Source: Octopus bimaculoides (Eukaryota). Taken from it: 38,722 bases of DNA. The notes under the pieces were generated by a model. That model searched no databases. It was not told the DNA's origin and saw only the letters and a list, made by a program, of their open reading frames with translations. This document shows, one piece after another, positions 35,543 through 38,722 of this stretch (positions are counted from its first letter, which is position 1; each line of letters starts with the position of its first letter). A program made the position numbers and the translations under genes. The stretch is taken from NCBI RefSeq assembly GCF_001194135.2, contig NC_068989.1:82831562-82870283 (forward strand). The letters run 5' to 3'.

Positions 35543-35669
35543 TTTTCTGCCACCAACCACTGTACATATTTCTTTGTGTTTCTCTACTCCAGCAGCAACA
35601 GTAGAGTCGAGGATTCACTTAGGAGATCATAAAACGCTTGTTGTTGTCTCCCTTACTCACCGACAATTA

Positions 35670-35859
35670 TACCGTATTTTCCAGCATTCACGTTGATGTG
35701 CAAACATAAAATGCAAATATTCAAACATCGTTACTATCAACAAATCGTGCTGCATTTCACACAGAGATTTTGATCCTCCGAGGTTTGTCTTGGCGTATAA
35801 GTCGACCTCCTTTTCAGGCTGTACAATTAGCACTGAAAAATTCGACTTGTATGGCGGTA
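35670..35859. mobile_element. pogo/Tc2-like MITE, decayed
   Basis: taccgtattttccagca ... ggcgtataagtcgacc ... aaaaattcgacttgtatggcggta. Confidence 0.55.
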
Positions 35860-36724
35860 TTTCTTCTTCATTAGTATCGCATTCTCAATTTTCAGGAGTT
35901 TAAGGCGGAGGTGTACCTTAACTTCTTCCCTCTCCGCAGCCTAATAAGAGATATCGTATACTCCAAATATAAAATCCCATGTAAGCTCTTAATATCAATG
36001 ATGGTTGACGGTTGACTGACCCCACTCTTCCTTGGTAAACTTGTGACAAATCCAGTTATTCAATACACTGATGATATATATATATGGTTGTTATTTCGAG
36101 ATTACATATTTAATATATAAATCATTAAAATATAAAAATTAAGGGGTTTCTTTCCATATGGCTAACATTTCAAAACATTTACATAAACAAAAGATGCCGT
36201 GTGTGTGTGTGTGTGTGTGTGTAAAAGTACAAGTATGTATATGTGTAAGTGATTAATTTATTATCACCATTCAACGAAACTCGGTAAAGGTTGTGTTTCG
36301 CTGAAGAGGCTATGATCGTTTCACTTGATTCCAGTACATAGATCAGTCGCATGCTTAATTTATCGGCCTCTATTTATCGAACTGGTAAGCTGAAAGACAG
36401 AAAGTGACATAACATGAATAACAAGACCGGATTTAAGTATCATGCTTATACCACCCACCCCCGACAAACTTTGTATCTACAAAACTTATTGGTCAGCTTC
36501 AAGCTCAAGTGGATTGCAGATACTTCCTCCAAGGTTTGCAAAGCCAACATTTTTAACCACACGGCTTTACCTGAGATTTTGCAGGATTTGAATTGGAACT
36601 GTAAAGGGTCATAGCTTCATAATGTCATACATTTAGTCCGGCACTCTACAGATTCTTCCAGGCCACTACAACTTGTGTTAGCATACGATAATAATAAAGG
36701 TGGAAATGTTTCCTAAGTTTGTTT

Positions 36725-37294
36725 TACCATATTTTCCAGCATACAAGTCGACCTGTATTGATTTTCTTGATAGTCTCTCGAAGCTGAGAAAGATGGTTCC
36801 AGAATTTCTTGCTGAACAACACTGCAGAGATGACTTGCTGTACATTAGCTTACTTCCTTGATCAAATTGACAGGCCCTGTGCAGGTACACAAATACCGAA
36901 GTCATCGTATTGTGTATACATTTAGCCTAAACATTCAAGCATCGTCACCATCTTTTCAAATCTTAAACTATTTCACTTGGAGTTTTTCCTCCTCCAAAGT
37001 CGTCTTGGTGTATAAATCGACCTGTTTTTGGCCCCCGCCCCGAACCTTCATGTATAAGTCAACTTACCTGTTTTCGGTTGTAAATTTTAGCCCTCCAATA
37101 TCGTCTTGATGTATAAAGTCGACCTATCTGTTTGTGAATTTTTGCACTCCAAAATCGTCTTGATGTACAAATCGACCTACCTGTTTTTGGTTGTAAATTT
37201 TTGCACTCCAAAATCGTCTTGATGTATAAGTCGACCTGCCTGTTTTTGGCTGTAAATGTTGATCGGAAAAATTCGACTATACCGGAAAATACTG
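36725..37294. mobile_element. pogo/Tc2-like non-autonomous element with internal 54-59-bp tandem repeats
   Basis: Left end taccatattttccagcatacaagtcgac, right end aaattcgactataccggaaaatactg; gtataagtcgac-like motif at ~37010, 37052, 37111, 37165 and 37224. Confidence 0.7.
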
Positions 37295-37771
37295 CGAGTG
37301 CCTATAAAATGTTCGTTATTGAAGGACGGTAGTGAAGTTTATAGAACAGGAACCATAAGAGTGACAACAAGAGAAGAATAAAATGAGAAGAGTGTTTTTT
37401 TTTGTTCTTTTTTGTAAGTAGAAGTTAAAGGCGGTAGAATAAGATACAGAGAAGAGAGGGGACATAAGATGAAAGCAGAAGATATGAGGCGGAGAAGAGA
37501 GAAGATAAAGCAGGGCTATAGAGAAGAAAGGAAAAAAAATAAAGATATATACGTCGACCATGTTTTACAAATAGAAAGGGATTAAAGATTAAAGATGAAT
37601 GAACAAGGAACTAATGCATGATGAAACACAGTACATATGTGTTTGAGAGTCTATTTATACGTGTGTATACGTGTATGTGTGCCTATGCGTATACATGTAT
37701 GTGTATATATATGTATATATATGAATATATGCATGTGTTTGTATGTTTGCATGTATGTGTGTGTATATGAG

Positions 37772-37806
<35 letters not shown>

Positions 37807-38477
37807 ATATATTTTTTGTGTTTGTTCTTTTTTAGATTTACTATATATATATATATGTATATAAATATGTGAGTATATATGTGTATATATACATATATGT
37901 ATATGACTATATGCTTGTATGTGTGTGTGTGTGTGTGTGTGTACGTGTGTATCTATATCTGTGTGTACGTGTATGTATATATATATATATATATCGTTTA
38001 CACTGTCGGCGGGTGAAATATGTGACGTCTGAACAGCTAGACGTGTCACGTGACTGGGAGACTCAAAAGACATTCTCGAGCAAAGATATATATTTCACTT
38101 AATCCCTGCCAATCTACCGTTAATTTCGCTTGAATTGTTTCTCTTGGAAATTATTAATTCCTCTGCTTCTCGCTTGAAACCTTGAGAAATCATTTCCAAC
38201 TTTCGTATCGACGTCACCACCACCACCACCACCGACCAACCGCCGCCATCACCACCGTCAGCATCGCCGTCATCACTACAACTTAACATAGCTATGAACA
38301 CCATCACCACGACCACCACTACCGTTACAATCATCATCACTAGCGTATAAGCCCTGTGCGTGTATATGTTTCCATGCATATTACATGCAATAATGTGTGT
38401 ATTACAGTTTATGCAATACATTATAGAAATATATATATATATATATATATAATACAAAGAATATATATGCATGTATA

Positions 38478-38646
38478 CACACATATATGTACATACTTAC
38501 ATCTACATGTGTATATATATGCATATCAGGGTACAGGACGTTAGAACAATGAACTACAGACAACGGAACGAACACATAGGAAAACGGAAAGCAACTTGGA
38601 ATATTCCTTCATCAGCTGTCTCTATTCTAACTAGACGTTTCGAAGA
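38478..38646 (-). mobile_element. Dispersed repeat family F, second copy
   Basis: Reverse complement of segments of 22193-22475 (gggtacaggac; cttcgaaacg...ctgatgaagg). Confidence 0.55.
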
Positions 38647-38722
38647 TAAGATATATATATATATATGCACATTAATCATATGTATACACATAGATGTTGA
38701 CTCATACTGTGTATATATACAT

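Noticed and set aside
36414-36614. 66-aa ORF faintly resembling a post-RT region of a non-LTR element (HPRQTLYLQNLLVSFKLKW)
   Set aside because: Similarity is too weak to support without a profile search.

Overview
AT-rich, microsatellite-laden eukaryotic draft-assembly sequence with several N gaps and no protein-coding gene I can support. The SINE families look like those I recall from Octopus genomes (inference; no search run). The window is a mosaic of at least four tRNA-derived SINE families, hAT and Tc1/mariner(pogo/Tc2)-type MITEs, a mariner transposase fragment, decayed L1/Tx1-like fragments and minisatellites. The most striking structure is a ~520-bp head-to-head palindrome (3654-4173) flanked by a 12-bp direct repeat. 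Each arm reads outward as tRNA-like Pol III head, (AAT)n, then a minimal type I hammerhead-ribozyme motif of the kind found in Penelope-like elements; both local copies carry mutations. Further hammerhead-like cores (6240, 13645, 22140/38600) and two more head-to-head palindromes (6150-6290, 26383-26534) suggest a recurrent Penelope/hammerhead-linked non-autonomous retroelement system. Many boundaries are approximate because they were read by eye.
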